From the NCBI GenBank assembly GCA_023246655.1, contig JAHFHX010000004.1, forward strand, positions 2,762-66,761: a DNA stretch of 64,000 bases. The letters are read 5' to 3'. The DNA comes from Candidatus Magasanikiibacteriota bacterium. Lineage in GTDB: Bacteria > Patescibacteriota > Patescibacteriia > Magasanikbacterales > GWA2-37-8. The first letter of the stretch is position 1; every line of letters starts with the position of its first letter. Under the pieces are notes generated by a model. The model was not told the DNA's origin. It made no database searches and saw nothing but the letters and a program-made list of their open reading frames with translations. The position numbers and the translations under genes are program-made. This document shows positions 47,228-56,442 of the stretch, piece after piece.

Positions 47228-47400
47228 GAGTTAGGATGGTAGGACAAGAGTCGTATTCCCCGCTTGAGCGGGGTGGTCGCCTCAAGGCGACCGAGGTGTG
47301 TGAGGCCGGTGAGCGGGCGATTCGTCAATGGATGCGATTTTATTGCCCCCGGCGGCTCACACCCCCCTACCCCCCCCCTCACAGGGGGGAGTTGAATATC
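47228..47400. repeat. family-B GC-rich hairpin cluster (CCCCGCTTGAGCGGGG, GCTCACACCCCCC, CCCCCCTCACAGGGGGG)
   Basis: The same motifs recur at 48517-48550, 48947-48990 and 59764-59815. Confidence 0.8.
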
Positions 47401-48491
47401 TATTTTACAAATCCTTGTGCAACTAACAGCTCCCCGTTCAAAATGCCGCCGCCGGCAGCGCCGCGGATGGTGTTATGGCTGAGGCCAACAAATTTGTAAT
47501 CGAATACCGGGCAGGGGCGCAGGCGCCCAACGGTGACCGCCATGCCTTTATCGGCATCACGATCTTTGCGGGGCTGGGGGCGGTTATCTTCCGTACGGTA
47601 GATAATTGGTTGTACTGGAGCGGAAGGCAAATTCAGTTGCTGTGGTAGAGAACGAAACAATTGCCAGCTATTTTTAATTTCGTCGGGAGTTGGTTTTTTA
47701 TCTTTGAATCTGATACTCACGCATGCTAAGTGCCCGTCAATCACTGGTACCCGGTTGCAGTGTGCAGAGATGGTGAGGCCGGTTCGAGGAAGAATTTTAT
47801 TTTCAGCCATTGTACCCAGAATTTTGAGTGGCTCCTGTTCGGTTTTTTCTTCTTCACCGCCAATATAGGGCACGACGTTATCAAGAATATCTAGGCTCGC
47901 TACTCCTGGGTAACCAGCACCTGAGATCGCTTGGAGGGTCGTTACCACAACATCACTGAGCGTGTAGCCAGCTTGTTCCAGTGCATAGAGCGGTGTGAGA
48001 TAACTTTGCAAACTGCAATTGGGTTTAACAATAATGCAGCCACTCCAGCCGCGTTGCTTCTGTTGTGCGGTAATGAGATTAAGATGAGAGGCATTAATTT
48101 CTGGGATGAGCATGGGGATATCCTCAGTCCAGCGGTGAGCGGAAGCGTTGGAAACTACGGCGAGGCCAGCAACTGCATAGGTGTTTTCGGTTTCTTGCAG
48201 TGCAGTTTTATTCGGAAGTTCAATGGCCGAAAAAACTAGGCGGCAATTTTTCGCGGCATTCGTTATATCTTCAACAGCGTGGACGGGAAGTTCTAAAATG
48301 GCTGTTGGTATATTATCGGCCAGGTGAGAACGGCCGGCGATGGCTTCGCGATATGGTTTACCAGCGGAGTTGGCCGAGGCGGCGAGGTGTGTTAGAGTAA
48401 ACCACGGGTGGTTGGCTAAGAGTTGCACATAACGTTGCCCAACCATGCCCGTTGCACCCAGAATACCAACGGGGATTTTATGAGAGATCAT
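47400..48491 (-). CDS. asd: aspartate-semialdehyde dehydrogenase
   Basis: The N-terminus is VGILGATGMVGQ, and the active-site Cys (CSLQS) and His regions are present. Confidence 0.9.
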   Translation of the reverse strand: MISHKIPVGILGATGMVGQRYVQLLANHPWFTLTHLAASANSAGKPYREAIAGRSHLADNIPTAILELPVHAVEDITNAAKNCRLVFSAIELPNKTALQETENTYAVAGLAVVSNASAHRWTEDIPMLIPEINASHLNLITAQQKQRGWSGCIIVKPNCSLQSYLTPLYALEQAGYTLSDVVVTTLQAISGAGYPGVASLDILDNVVPYIGGEEEKTEQEPLKILGTMAENKILPRTGLTISAHCNRVPVIDGHLACVSIRFKDKKPTPDEIKNSWQLFRSLPQQLNLPSAPVQPIIYRTEDNRPQPRKDRDADKGMAVTVGRLRPCPVFDYKFVGLSHNTIRGAAGGGILNGELLVAQGFVK

Positions 48492-48512
48492 ATTTTGTTG
48501 AGTTATAAAATT

Positions 48513-48926
48513 TTAATCCCCCCTCGAGGGGGGTAGTGGGGGTGTGAGCCCTTTGCGTGGCTCAATCCAATCGACAATTCGTTGGGTTACATTGTCAATA
48601 TCGCGACGCACCTCGTGTTCTTGAAATCGTAATACAATAAATCCTTGTTGTTCTAATTGTTGCTGTCGTTTTTTATCATATTCCATTTGAGCATCATGGC
48701 CAAAGCCATCGAGTTCAATTATAAGTTTTAATTCACGACAGTACAAGTCAACAATATAATTCAGTATTGTTGTTTGACGAATGAACTTGTAACCAAGTAA
48801 TTGGCGGCCTTTTAGTTTTTTCCACAATAATACTTCGCCGAGCGTAGAATTTTTACGTAAGTCTCGAGCTCGATTTTTAAGATTTGTTTTATATAAAGAG
48901 AACGTTCGGTTTGTTTTGATAACCAT
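48513..48926 (-). CDS. DUF559 (Vsr-like very-short-patch-repair endonuclease fold) protein
   Basis: The C-terminal sequence GFIVLRFQEHEV and the motifs LLGYKFIRQ and VDLYC match DUF559. Confidence 0.7.
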   Translation of the reverse strand: MVIKTNRTFSLYKTNLKNRARDLRKNSTLGEVLLWKKLKGRQLLGYKFIRQTTILNYIVDLYCRELKLIIELDGFGHDAQMEYDKKRQQQLEQQGFIVLRFQEHEVRRDIDNVTQRIVDWIEPRKGLTPPLPPSRGD

Positions 48927-48990
48927 ATTAGTGACGACTCTCGGAAGCTCACACCCCCCGTGAACCCCCCTCAAGGGGGGATTTGAGCTC
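48517..48990. mobile_element. DUF559 gene bracketed by roughly 35-bp inverted family-B repeats
   Basis: The left repeat is TCCCCCCTCGAGGGGGGTAGTGGGGGTGTGAGCC (48517-48550). The right repeat, GCTCACACCCCCCGTGAACCCCCCTCAAGGGGGGATTTGAGCTC (48947-48990), is its inverted counterpart. Confidence 0.55.
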
Positions 48991-51405
48991 TTTAATACTT
49001 TGTAAAATTCCAGAGAGGACACCGGCTGCGGTAACCTCGGGGCCAGCACCAGGGCCGCGAATGACCAGCGGAGAGTGGTGATAGTGCGTAGAGGTAATAG
49101 CAACAATATTGTCGCTGCCGGTGAGATTATAGAAGGGATGATCTGGGCCAACGAGGCGAAGTTTTACTAAAGCGCGATTACGTTCTATGGTAGCAATATA
49201 GCGGAGCACTTTTTTATTGCGGGCGGCCTGTTTTTTTTGTTGTTCGAATTCAGCATCGTATTTTGGCAAGAGACGGAAAAATTCGGAAATTGAGGCGGCG
49301 TGCGCACAAGCTTTGGGGAGTAGATTATCGATTTTGACTTCCGATGTTTCCAGTTGCCAACCGCATTCGCGTGCGAGGATGACGACTTTGCGCACCACAT
49401 CAACCCCGCCCAGATCAACGCGCGGATCAGATTCCGTGAAACCTTTATCTCGTGCTTCCTTTACTAGAGCACTCCAGTGCTTGGCGCCAACAAAGCTATT
49501 GAAGAGAAAACTTAATGTTCCTGAAAGAATTCCTTCAATTTTAATTATTCTGTCGCCACTCTCAATGAGGCGTTGTAGAGTGGTGATAATTGGTAGTCCA
49601 GCTCCCACATTGGTTTCATAATGCCACGGTGTTTTTTGAGCCAATGTTTTTAGGAGTTGATAGTTTTTGTTTGGCCCAGCAGCCGCCTGTTTGTTGGGGG
49701 TTACTATCGCAATTCCGGCCTCGAGCAATTCTGGATAGTAAGGAACGATATCTGCTCCGGCTGTGCAATCTACGAGGACGCGACGTGGGAGTAGTGATTT
49801 TTTTAGAGTTTCTAGAAATATCTTTAGATCGGGCGCTCTTCCTACCGTGGTTAACGTTTTTTTCCAGGCGGAACTCTGTATGCCTTGTTCATCAATGAGC
49901 ATCGCGTGGTTATTTGTTAATCCGACGAGCTTGATTGACGGTTGATTTTTTATCATGTTTAACAATGTTCCGCCGACCACACCGGTTCCAACCACAAAGA
50001 CAGCTGTAGTATTGGCAGTATTTTTAAAAAATGCCTCGTGAATAGCTTGGAGCGCTCTAATTTCATCCCGGCCTTGGATTACCACAGAAATATTGAGCTC
50101 AGATGACCCCTGGGCGATAGCCACCACGTTTATTCCGGCGTGCCCAAGCGCATTAAAAACAGTGCCACTCACCCCAGGCGTGTGGCGCATATTTTCTCCT
50201 ACCACGGCGATGATGGAAAGGTTCTCGGTAATTGTGAGAGGTTCTAAGTAATGCCCAGAGAGCTCCAGGGCATATTCATTTTCAACCACGCGGCGCGCTA
50301 AAATAACATCGGCCGCTGCCACCGCAAAGGAAATAGAATATTCAGAGGAGGCCTGGGTAATGAGAATAATATTAATACCAGCTCTTGCAATAGCGCCAAA
50401 GAGGCGTTCGGCCATGCCAGCAACACCGACGAGCCCACTGCCGGCTACGGTGATCATCGCAATTTTTTGAATTGAAGAAATACCTTTTATCGCATAGGAG
50501 AACGGCTTATCTTCGAAATTAATAAGCGTGCCCGGGTGCCGGGGGTTAAAGGTATTTTTAATTAGAAGTGGGATGTTTGCCTCTAGCGCCGGGAGCATGG
50601 TGGGCGGATGGATAACTTTGGCCCCAAAATAAGACATTTCCATAGCTTCACGGTAGGTAAGTGAGGGCAGGGAGAAAGCGGTAGGAACTTGTTTGGGGTT
50701 GGCAGTCATCACACCATTTACATCGGTCCAAATTTCGATGACGTCGGCTGTGAGGGCGGCCCCAAAGAGGGCAGCAGTATAATCTGATCCACCGCGGCCA
50801 AGTGTTGTGGTTTGCCCAGCAGCGGTTTTACCAATAAAGCCCGTAGCGATGGGAAGGGAGGTTGGGTGATTTTTACACCAGGTTTGAATATTGCGATAGC
50901 TATGGGCGCGGTCAACGTGGGCATTGCCAAAGTGGTCGTCGGTCAGAATAACTTCCCGGGTATCTAAGTATACCGCTTTAAGATCTTGACTTATGAAAGC
51001 GGCCGTAATGATGGTAGCTGAGAGGCGTTCACCAAAGCTCATAATAAAATCCAGCATTGACGGTGTTAATTCTTTCACCAGTGAGACACCATGGATGATT
51101 TGTTTTAATTCTTTGAACATCAACTCAATCTGAGCCATGGCAGCAGGCTGCTGTTTTTCCCCGACGAGTTCTTGGATCGCATCCTGGTGTCGAGTATGGA
51201 GCGCTAAGAGAGGTGGTTGAAAATCTTCACTCCCCGTGCTGGCTCGTTTCCCGAGAGCGATAAGCTGATCGGTGATGCCGCTAAAAGCCGAAACTACTAC
51301 CACCAGCTGCCGATGTTTTCTGCGGGTTTCCTTAATAATTTTGATGATTTGTTTAATAGCAGCCGGCGAGCCAACTGATGTTCCTCCAAATTTAAGTATT
51401 TTCAT
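48949..51405 (-). CDS. bifunctional aspartokinase / homoserine dehydrogenase
   Basis: The 818-aa protein starts MKILKFGGTSVGS (aspartokinase), has ACT domains, and has a C-terminal HSDH domain with an NAD GxGxxG motif. Its last 11 codons are encoded by the family-B repeat. Confidence 0.85.
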   Translation of the reverse strand: MKILKFGGTSVGSPAAIKQIIKIIKETRRKHRQLVVVVSAFSGITDQLIALGKRASTGSEDFQPPLLALHTRHQDAIQELVGEKQQPAAMAQIELMFKELKQIIHGVSLVKELTPSMLDFIMSFGERLSATIITAAFISQDLKAVYLDTREVILTDDHFGNAHVDRAHSYRNIQTWCKNHPTSLPIATGFIGKTAAGQTTTLGRGGSDYTAALFGAALTADVIEIWTDVNGVMTANPKQVPTAFSLPSLTYREAMEMSYFGAKVIHPPTMLPALEANIPLLIKNTFNPRHPGTLINFEDKPFSYAIKGISSIQKIAMITVAGSGLVGVAGMAERLFGAIARAGINIILITQASSEYSISFAVAAADVILARRVVENEYALELSGHYLEPLTITENLSIIAVVGENMRHTPGVSGTVFNALGHAGINVVAIAQGSSELNISVVIQGRDEIRALQAIHEAFFKNTANTTAVFVVGTGVVGGTLLNMIKNQPSIKLVGLTNNHAMLIDEQGIQSSAWKKTLTTVGRAPDLKIFLETLKKSLLPRRVLVDCTAGADIVPYYPELLEAGIAIVTPNKQAAAGPNKNYQLLKTLAQKTPWHYETNVGAGLPIITTLQRLIESGDRIIKIEGILSGTLSFLFNSFVGAKHWSALVKEARDKGFTESDPRVDLGGVDVVRKVVILARECGWQLETSEVKIDNLLPKACAHAASISEFFRLLPKYDAEFEQQKKQAARNKKVLRYIATIERNRALVKLRLVGPDHPFYNLTGSDNIVAITSTHYHHSPLVIRGPGAGPEVTAAGVLSGILQSIKELKSPLEGGSRGV

Positions 51406-51652
51406 ATCCTGTATATCAATTTATGTTTTTTAAATAAAACCGACTCCTTAAGGTTGAAGTCGGCTGTTTGATAGGTATGTATCAGACAAACTTCAACCAC
51501 CCTACATGGTGGTAGTGGTGGTTGCAGTATTCGTATTGAGGTGATGCATAGACATGAAAATACTGTAACCCTGGCTTAGGTGTTTGTCAAATTAAGCTGT
51601 GAACAAAAATTGCCGTAGCTCAAACAACGCTTTGTCGTTTCTTCCCTTTCAA

Positions 51653-53374
51653 TTATTTCGCTATTCTGTCATTTACAATTTCCAGCTTATAAATTTTTTC
51701 ATCATCAAACCAATTTTCGTTGGTGCGCTGAGAGGCCCAGAGGTAGCCACCGTATTTGTTATCAGCGTTCTCCCAGGCTAAATCCCAGGTGCCTTCGCTC
51801 GCGATGTAGATGGCGCCTAGCAATTTTCCGGTTTTATCAAATTTGCCAATGCGATTGTCCACCGGAATCCAGAAGTAGTGTCCATCCCAGGTGAGCCCGC
51901 CACCGCCGTCAATGTCTTTGAGTTTGAATTGGCTCATTAATTTGCCCTGGCGATCCATTTTGTAGACGATACTGGTGGTCCAGCCCATGATGTAGAGATA
52001 CTGGCCGTCCCAGGTGAGGCCTTTGGCGCCGCGGGTTTGGTCAGGGTTAGGGAATGAAAATAATTCTTTACCGGTTTCAGGATCAACGGAGTAGGTGCGC
52101 TTTTCGGCAAAGTCGGTGAGCCAGAGATTCGTTCCGTCGAAGGCCATGCCCCAGGGCTGGGCGCTATTCACTTTGAATTGTTTAAGAATTTTGCCGGTGT
52201 CGCCATCGAGTTTGTAGACGTCACCCGAGAGCGTGGCCGCCCAGACATTTTTGCCATCCATGGCAAGCGACCACGTGAGACCCAGACCGGTGCCAATTTT
52301 TTTCACAATGCGCCGAGTTTCGTCATCGGGGTAGACATATTGATATTTGTCCTTGACGCGATCGCCGGGCGTGTAGCCGAGGTCGAAGACTTTGGTGTCG
52401 GGGTAGTCGAAGGCAATTTCGCTGGCGCCGTCCCCGGGTTCATTCTTGGTGATCACCGAATCAGGGCAACGCAGCGGATTATCTTTGGCGACGATTTTAT
52501 AATTGATCAGGGTGAGTTTGTTGTTTCCCTCGCCACACATAATGCCGTTGATAGTGTTATTGAGCATTGAGTTGTTGGTTGCCGTGACGGTGGACGCGTC
52601 GTCGAGCGACAGGCCGGCCGCGCCGTTTTCCTTTAGAATATTATTTTCCACCGTGGCTTCAGAGGCATCAACGTGGAGGCCGTGTGTGCCATTTTTTTCA
52701 AAGAGATTGTTACGCACGACTGCCTTGTTAAATTGTTCCATGGCCATGCCGTTGTAGCCATTTTGGTAGACGCGGTTGAATTCAATGAGCGGCGTGGAGT
52801 AGGATTCGGCGTAGAGCCCTTCCCAGTTGTTCCAGCGGATAATGGAGTGGGAGATGACGGCGTCCGATTGCCACAGGTTAATGCCCTGCTGGCCGAATTC
52901 CACAATGACGTATTTAAAGATACTCCCGGTTTTGCCCGCCAAGTGAATCATACTCCAGTCGCCGTTTTGGGGATTCCGATCGGCGGATGGGAAGGTGATT
53001 TGTTTGTCCGGCGTGCCCACGGCTTTGATGGTTCCAAATATATTCATCCCGAGTTTGTCCGGCCGCTTGTAGTCGCGGCTGGGTTTGAAGGCGATGGTGG
53101 TGCCAGGCTCAATTGTGAGCGTGACGCCTTTGGGAACACTGATTGCCCCAGTGATGAAAATTTTTCCGCCCCAGGTTTCGTTTTTGGAAATTTCTCCAGC
53201 GCGGGTGGTGTCCATAATAATTTTTGGAGTTGGTGCCGGCGCAACCACCACAATTTTTGCTTTGCGTTTGATGATTTTCTTTTTAACTTTTTTTGTCGCG
53301 GTAAAGGCGCTGGAGGTGATGAAGGTGGTGGCGAGGAGGGTGATGAGAATGAGAGCGGGGAGTTTTTTCATCAT
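51653..53374 (-). CDS. secreted protein with parallel beta-helix repeats and a C-terminal beta-propeller-like region
   Basis: A signal peptide is followed by PbH1-like repeats (NNILKENGAAGLSLDDASTVTATNN) and then WG/NHL-like blades. Confidence 0.55.
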   Translation of the reverse strand: MMKKLPALILITLLATTFITSSAFTATKKVKKKIIKRKAKIVVVAPAPTPKIIMDTTRAGEISKNETWGGKIFITGAISVPKGVTLTIEPGTTIAFKPSRDYKRPDKLGMNIFGTIKAVGTPDKQITFPSADRNPQNGDWSMIHLAGKTGSIFKYVIVEFGQQGINLWQSDAVISHSIIRWNNWEGLYAESYSTPLIEFNRVYQNGYNGMAMEQFNKAVVRNNLFEKNGTHGLHVDASEATVENNILKENGAAGLSLDDASTVTATNNSMLNNTINGIMCGEGNNKLTLINYKIVAKDNPLRCPDSVITKNEPGDGASEIAFDYPDTKVFDLGYTPGDRVKDKYQYVYPDDETRRIVKKIGTGLGLTWSLAMDGKNVWAATLSGDVYKLDGDTGKILKQFKVNSAQPWGMAFDGTNLWLTDFAEKRTYSVDPETGKELFSFPNPDQTRGAKGLTWDGQYLYIMGWTTSIVYKMDRQGKLMSQFKLKDIDGGGGLTWDGHYFWIPVDNRIGKFDKTGKLLGAIYIASEGTWDLAWENADNKYGGYLWASQRTNENWFDDEKIYKLEIVNDRIAK

Positions 53375-53389
53375 AATTATTTTGAGATA

Positions 53390-53779
53390 TTAATTTATGG
53401 ACAGAATAAGAAAGGCGCTGGTCGCGAGCGCGATGCCAATGTAGGTTGTGATGGATATTGATTCCCGTAACAATAAGAGCCCGATAATATTAGCAAACAC
53501 AATCGATACTATTGCGAAGAGTGTTATGGTTTTGCCGAGTTGAATAGTTGTAAAGACGTAGAGCTGACCAAGCGTGGCTAAAGAGTGTAATAATACATAT
53601 ATAATAAACCAACCATGCAAAAAACTATTTATCGTAAAGCCATATTTGTGCATGAAGTGGCGACCGAGCACGTCACTGGCAGTGAAAACAAGCTGGGTTA
53701 AAATGAGGATTATGAGGGGCGATGTCATAGCATTGCTTAAGCTAGATAATTTTGTTAAGATGAACGCAAAGTTGTACAT
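53390..53779 (-). CDS. small four-helix membrane protein (SMR/EamA-like, ArnE/ArnF-like)
   Basis: The protein is 129 aa with four TM helices and lies adjacent to a glycosyltransferase. Confidence 0.45.
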   Translation of the reverse strand: MYNFAFILTKLSSLSNAMTSPLIILILTQLVFTASDVLGRHFMHKYGFTINSFLHGWFIIYVLLHSLATLGQLYVFTTIQLGKTITLFAIVSIVFANIIGLLLLRESISITTYIGIALATSAFLILSIN

Positions 53780-53807
53780 ATCATATCAAGAATTTGATAG
53801 GTTGACT

Positions 53808-55139
53808 ATGATGGAAAATGTCCTAAAAATTCTCATCCTCCACGACTATTTTCTCTACAAAGGCGGCGGGGAGCGGTTGGTGATTAGTCTTGCCAAAAAT
53901 TTGGGGGCGGATGTGGCGACGGCGTTTATTGCCAAGGATGCTTTTGATCCGCGTGAGCACGGGATTAGGACGATTGAATTATATAAAGAGAAGGCGTGGT
54001 CGCGTGTGCCCGGGTTTCGATATTTGCAGGTGCAGTCGTCGTTTTTGTTTAAGACGGGGTTTGTAAAGAATTATGATGTAGTGATTTATAGTGGCGATTG
54101 TTTGACGGCAGCACTTCGAACTGGCGTATTGTCATCCCGAGCGAGGCTCGCGCCGACGAGGGATCTCTGTCCGTCGGTGAGTGAGCCAGAGATTCTTCGC
54201 TCTGCTCAGAATGACAGTAAAAAATCAGAAAGACGGCCAGTGAACATCGCTTACATGCACACGCCGCCTCGGCATTTGTATGATTTGTATGACGAGAGAT
54301 TGCGCTCATATCCCTGGTGGAAGAAAATTATTTTTGTGCCGTTTGTCTTGTTTAACCGGTGGAGATTTTTAGCCTTGGCACGAATGATGGATAGGATTGT
54401 GACGAATTCGAAAAATACTCAAGCGCGGATAAAAAAGTATCTGGGACTCGATTCGATAGTAGTGTATCCGCCGTGTGACACTCTTCCGTTCAAAAATCTC
54501 CGTCATTCCGAGCGAGGCCTCGCGGCCGACGAGGAATCTCTGTCCGTTTCGTCAACGAGTGAGACAGAGATTCCTCCTGCGGTCGGGATGACAAGTGTTG
54601 GCGATTATTTTTTCTCCTGGGCGCGATTGTATGATGTGAAACGGGTTCACCTCATCGCGGAGGCATTTGCCAAGATGCCAGACAAAAAAGTAGTCATTGC
54701 ATCGCAGGGCCCAGAGTTTGAGCGGATAAAAAAAATTGTTGAGGGGCACAGCAATATTACGCTTCTAGGTTGGATTGATGACCAACAATTGCTGGAGTAT
54801 TTGGGCAAATCTTTAGCCACGATTTACATTCCCATGGCTGAGGATTTTGGGATGACGGCGGTGGAATCCATGCAAGCGGGGAAGCCGGTGATTGGGGTGG
54901 CGGAGGGAGGACTTTTAGAAATCATTGAAGATAATAAAAATGGGTTGATGTTGAAACCGGATTTTACGGTTGACGATTTACGATTGAAGATTTTAGAAAT
55001 GACACCAGAGCGGGTGCGGGTGATGGAAGCAGCGTGTTATGAAACGGCGAAGAAGTTTAGTGAAGCGGCATTTGTGGAGGGGATGAGGGAGGTGATTGAG
55101 AAATACCAAATACCAAATACCAAATACCAAAGCTGTTGA
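53808..55139 (+). CDS. GT4-family glycosyltransferase with two in-frame family-A repeat insertions
   Basis: The C-terminal GT4 EX7E region (GMTAVESMQAGKPVIGVAEGGLLEII) is present. The inserted segments read VLSSRARLAPTRDLCPSVSEPEILRSAQNDS and RHSERGLAADEESLSVSSTSETEIPPAVGMTS. Confidence 0.75.
   Translation: MMENVLKILILHDYFLYKGGGERLVISLAKNLGADVATAFIAKDAFDPREHGIRTIELYKEKAWSRVPGFRYLQVQSSFLFKTGFVKNYDVVIYSGDCLTAALRTGVLSSRARLAPTRDLCPSVSEPEILRSAQNDSKKSERRPVNIAYMHTPPRHLYDLYDERLRSYPWWKKIIFVPFVLFNRWRFLALARMMDRIVTNSKNTQARIKKYLGLDSIVVYPPCDTLPFKNLRHSERGLAADEESLSVSSTSETEIPPAVGMTSVGDYFFSWARLYDVKRVHLIAEAFAKMPDKKVVIASQGPEFERIKKIVEGHSNITLLGWIDDQQLLEYLGKSLATIYIPMAEDFGMTAVESMQAGKPVIGVAEGGLLEIIEDNKNGLMLKPDFTVDDLRLKILEMTPERVRVMEAACYETAKKFSEAAFVEGMREVIEKYQIPNTKYQSC
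54131..54217. repeat. family-A element (87 bp) translated in-frame within the glycosyltransferase gene
   Basis: GTCATCCCGAGCGAGGCTCGCGCCGACGAGGGATCTCTGTCCGTC...GCCAGAGATTCTTCGCTCTGCTCAGAATGACAG. Confidence 0.85.
54502..54594. repeat. family-A element (93 bp) translated in-frame within the same gene, in a different frame relative to the repeat
   Basis: GTCATTCCGAGCGAGGCCTCGCGGCCGACGAGGAATCTCTGTCCGTT...GAGACAGAGATTCCTCCTGCGGTCGGGATGACAAG. Confidence 0.85.
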
Positions 55140-55145
55140 TTCTTT

Positions 55146-55415
55146 TTATTTCAATAACGCCGTCAACTTCTCCCGCACTTTTTTTAATTTTGGATTAATC
55201 ACGGCCATGCAATACGCCTGGTCTGGGTTCTTGGCGAAATAGTCGTGGTGGTATTCTTCGGCTTCGTAGAATGTGGTGAGGGGCTCTAAAGTGGTGACGA
55301 CGTTAAGGCCATCTTTTTTTAAATCCGCGATGTATTTTTCCGCGGCGGTTTTTTGTTCGTCGTTTGAGTACATAATGGTGGAGCGGTATTGGGTGCCGGT
55401 GTCGCCGCCGCGTCC
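55146..55415 (-). pseudogene. msrA: 3' fragment of peptide methionine sulfoxide reductase A
   Basis: The sequence GGDTGTQYRSTIMYSNDEQ...LEPLTTFYEAEEYHHDYF matches the MsrA C-terminal half. The N-terminal GCFWG/TGHAE half is absent, and a terminator-like hairpin lies in its place. Confidence 0.45.
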
Positions 55416-55504
55416 CCCGTTCTCTTGGCAACAAAGTTTGTTGTTAGAAGAATAAAAATATCCCGCGACGTAACGTCGTGGGATATTCTTTTTAAGAGGA
55501 GTCG

Positions 55505-55657
55505 CAGGGTAAGACCTCCTCGCTTGGTGCGCAATCCCGATTTCGGGATGCCCGCTTCCGTTTGCCAACCGTAAGGCCGGCGGGATAGGAAGCGTTGTGG
55601 CACTGAGCACATTACACGAGAAGACCAGCTGTCTTACCCTGCGTGAGATGTTTTAGC
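55505..55657. other. roughly 150-bp element bounded by a 13-bp perfect inverted repeat (CGCAGGGTAAGAC...GTCTTACCCTGCG), with an internal hairpin
   Basis: The terminal inverted repeats extend into an imperfect stem. The internal hairpin is AATCCCGATTTCGGGAT. The element sits exactly where the 5' half of msrA should be. Confidence 0.4.
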
Positions 55658-55734
55658 ATTTTTTAAATTATATGTCTAATTAACGATGTTTTGAGAAAGG
55701 GGGCACGAGAACCGTGCCCCCCTGTGGCTGCAAT

Positions 55735-56442
55735 TCAGGGAGGGAGGTGGCCAGCGCGGATGGCCTCAAGGAGGAGGCTGTCGTAGAACGCGACGTTCCA
55801 GGTGAGATCTTCGGCCTGGGAAGCTCGGGCTCGTTCGCGGAGCGCACGATCATTCTTGCAGAGCATGTGGAGCTCACGCAGAAGATCGATTGAGTGGCCG
55901 ACGTCGGCTTCGCAGTGGACGGTGAAGTACGGGCTCCAAGTTGCTGGTTCGCCAGAGCGTACGCGCTTGAGTGCAGTCATGAGGCGGGGGAATTCCCGCG
56001 GACAGATGAACTCCTCGGAAGCCATTGTAGCGAGTGCTCGTACGGGGTCGCCAGCAACGGCGTTTTGTAGCCCTTGGAGAATCACTCTAGTTCCGGTGAG
56101 TGCTGGCGCGTGGCGATAGGTTCGCAGGGACACTCCGACGGTTGCGAGCACTCCCTGAAAAAGCTGGAAGTGTTCGGCCTTGGGGTTGCCATTCCCCAAT
56201 TCATCCACGATGTTCCTTTGGATGATGCCGTGAGCGCGGTTGGGAACCAACGGGTTATTCCGAAGTGTCGTGAGAATCCTGCCGAAGATCTCGTCGATCA
56301 TGCCGGCTTGGATGGCCCAGACGCGCAGGAGCGCGAGTGTTGGTTGCGTCTCTATGAGCTTGAACCACGGGTGTTTCCAGAGTGGGTGCTGGAGAGCGCG
56401 GCGAGTAAACTGTTCCTCAAAAACGCGGTAGCGCATGTCCAT
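55735..56442 (-). CDS. GC-rich protein of a heme-oxygenase-like / TenA-PqqC-like fold family (weak assignment)
   Basis: An AGGAGG ribosome-binding site precedes MDMRYRV. The gene is about 58% GC and is flanked on both sides by GC hairpins. Confidence 0.4.
   Translation of the reverse strand: MDMRYRVFEEQFTRRALQHPLWKHPWFKLIETQPTLALLRVWAIQAGMIDEIFGRILTTLRNNPLVPNRAHGIIQRNIVDELGNGNPKAEHFQLFQGVLATVGVSLRTYRHAPALTGTRVILQGLQNAVAGDPVRALATMASEEFICPREFPRLMTALKRVRSGEPATWSPYFTVHCEADVGHSIDLLRELHMLCKNDRALRERARASQAEDLTWNVAFYDSLLLEAIRAGHLPP

Noticed and set aside
49217-49945. Plus-strand ORFs inside the aspartokinase/homoserine dehydrogenase gene
   Set aside because: They are antisense ORFs within a well-supported long CDS.
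25731-54594. Could the dispersed family-A repeats be a CRISPR array?
   Set aside because: Copies are palindromic and irregularly spaced by kilobases. They lie inside genes, with no regular spacer architecture or cas genes. This is not a CRISPR.
55505-55657. Bacterial SRP (4.5S) RNA
   Set aside because: The hairpin with paired ends is SRP-like in shape. However, the conserved domain IV sequence (GUCAGG...GGAAGCAGCCAAGG) is not present, and only a partial GGAAGCGGGCA resemblance was seen.
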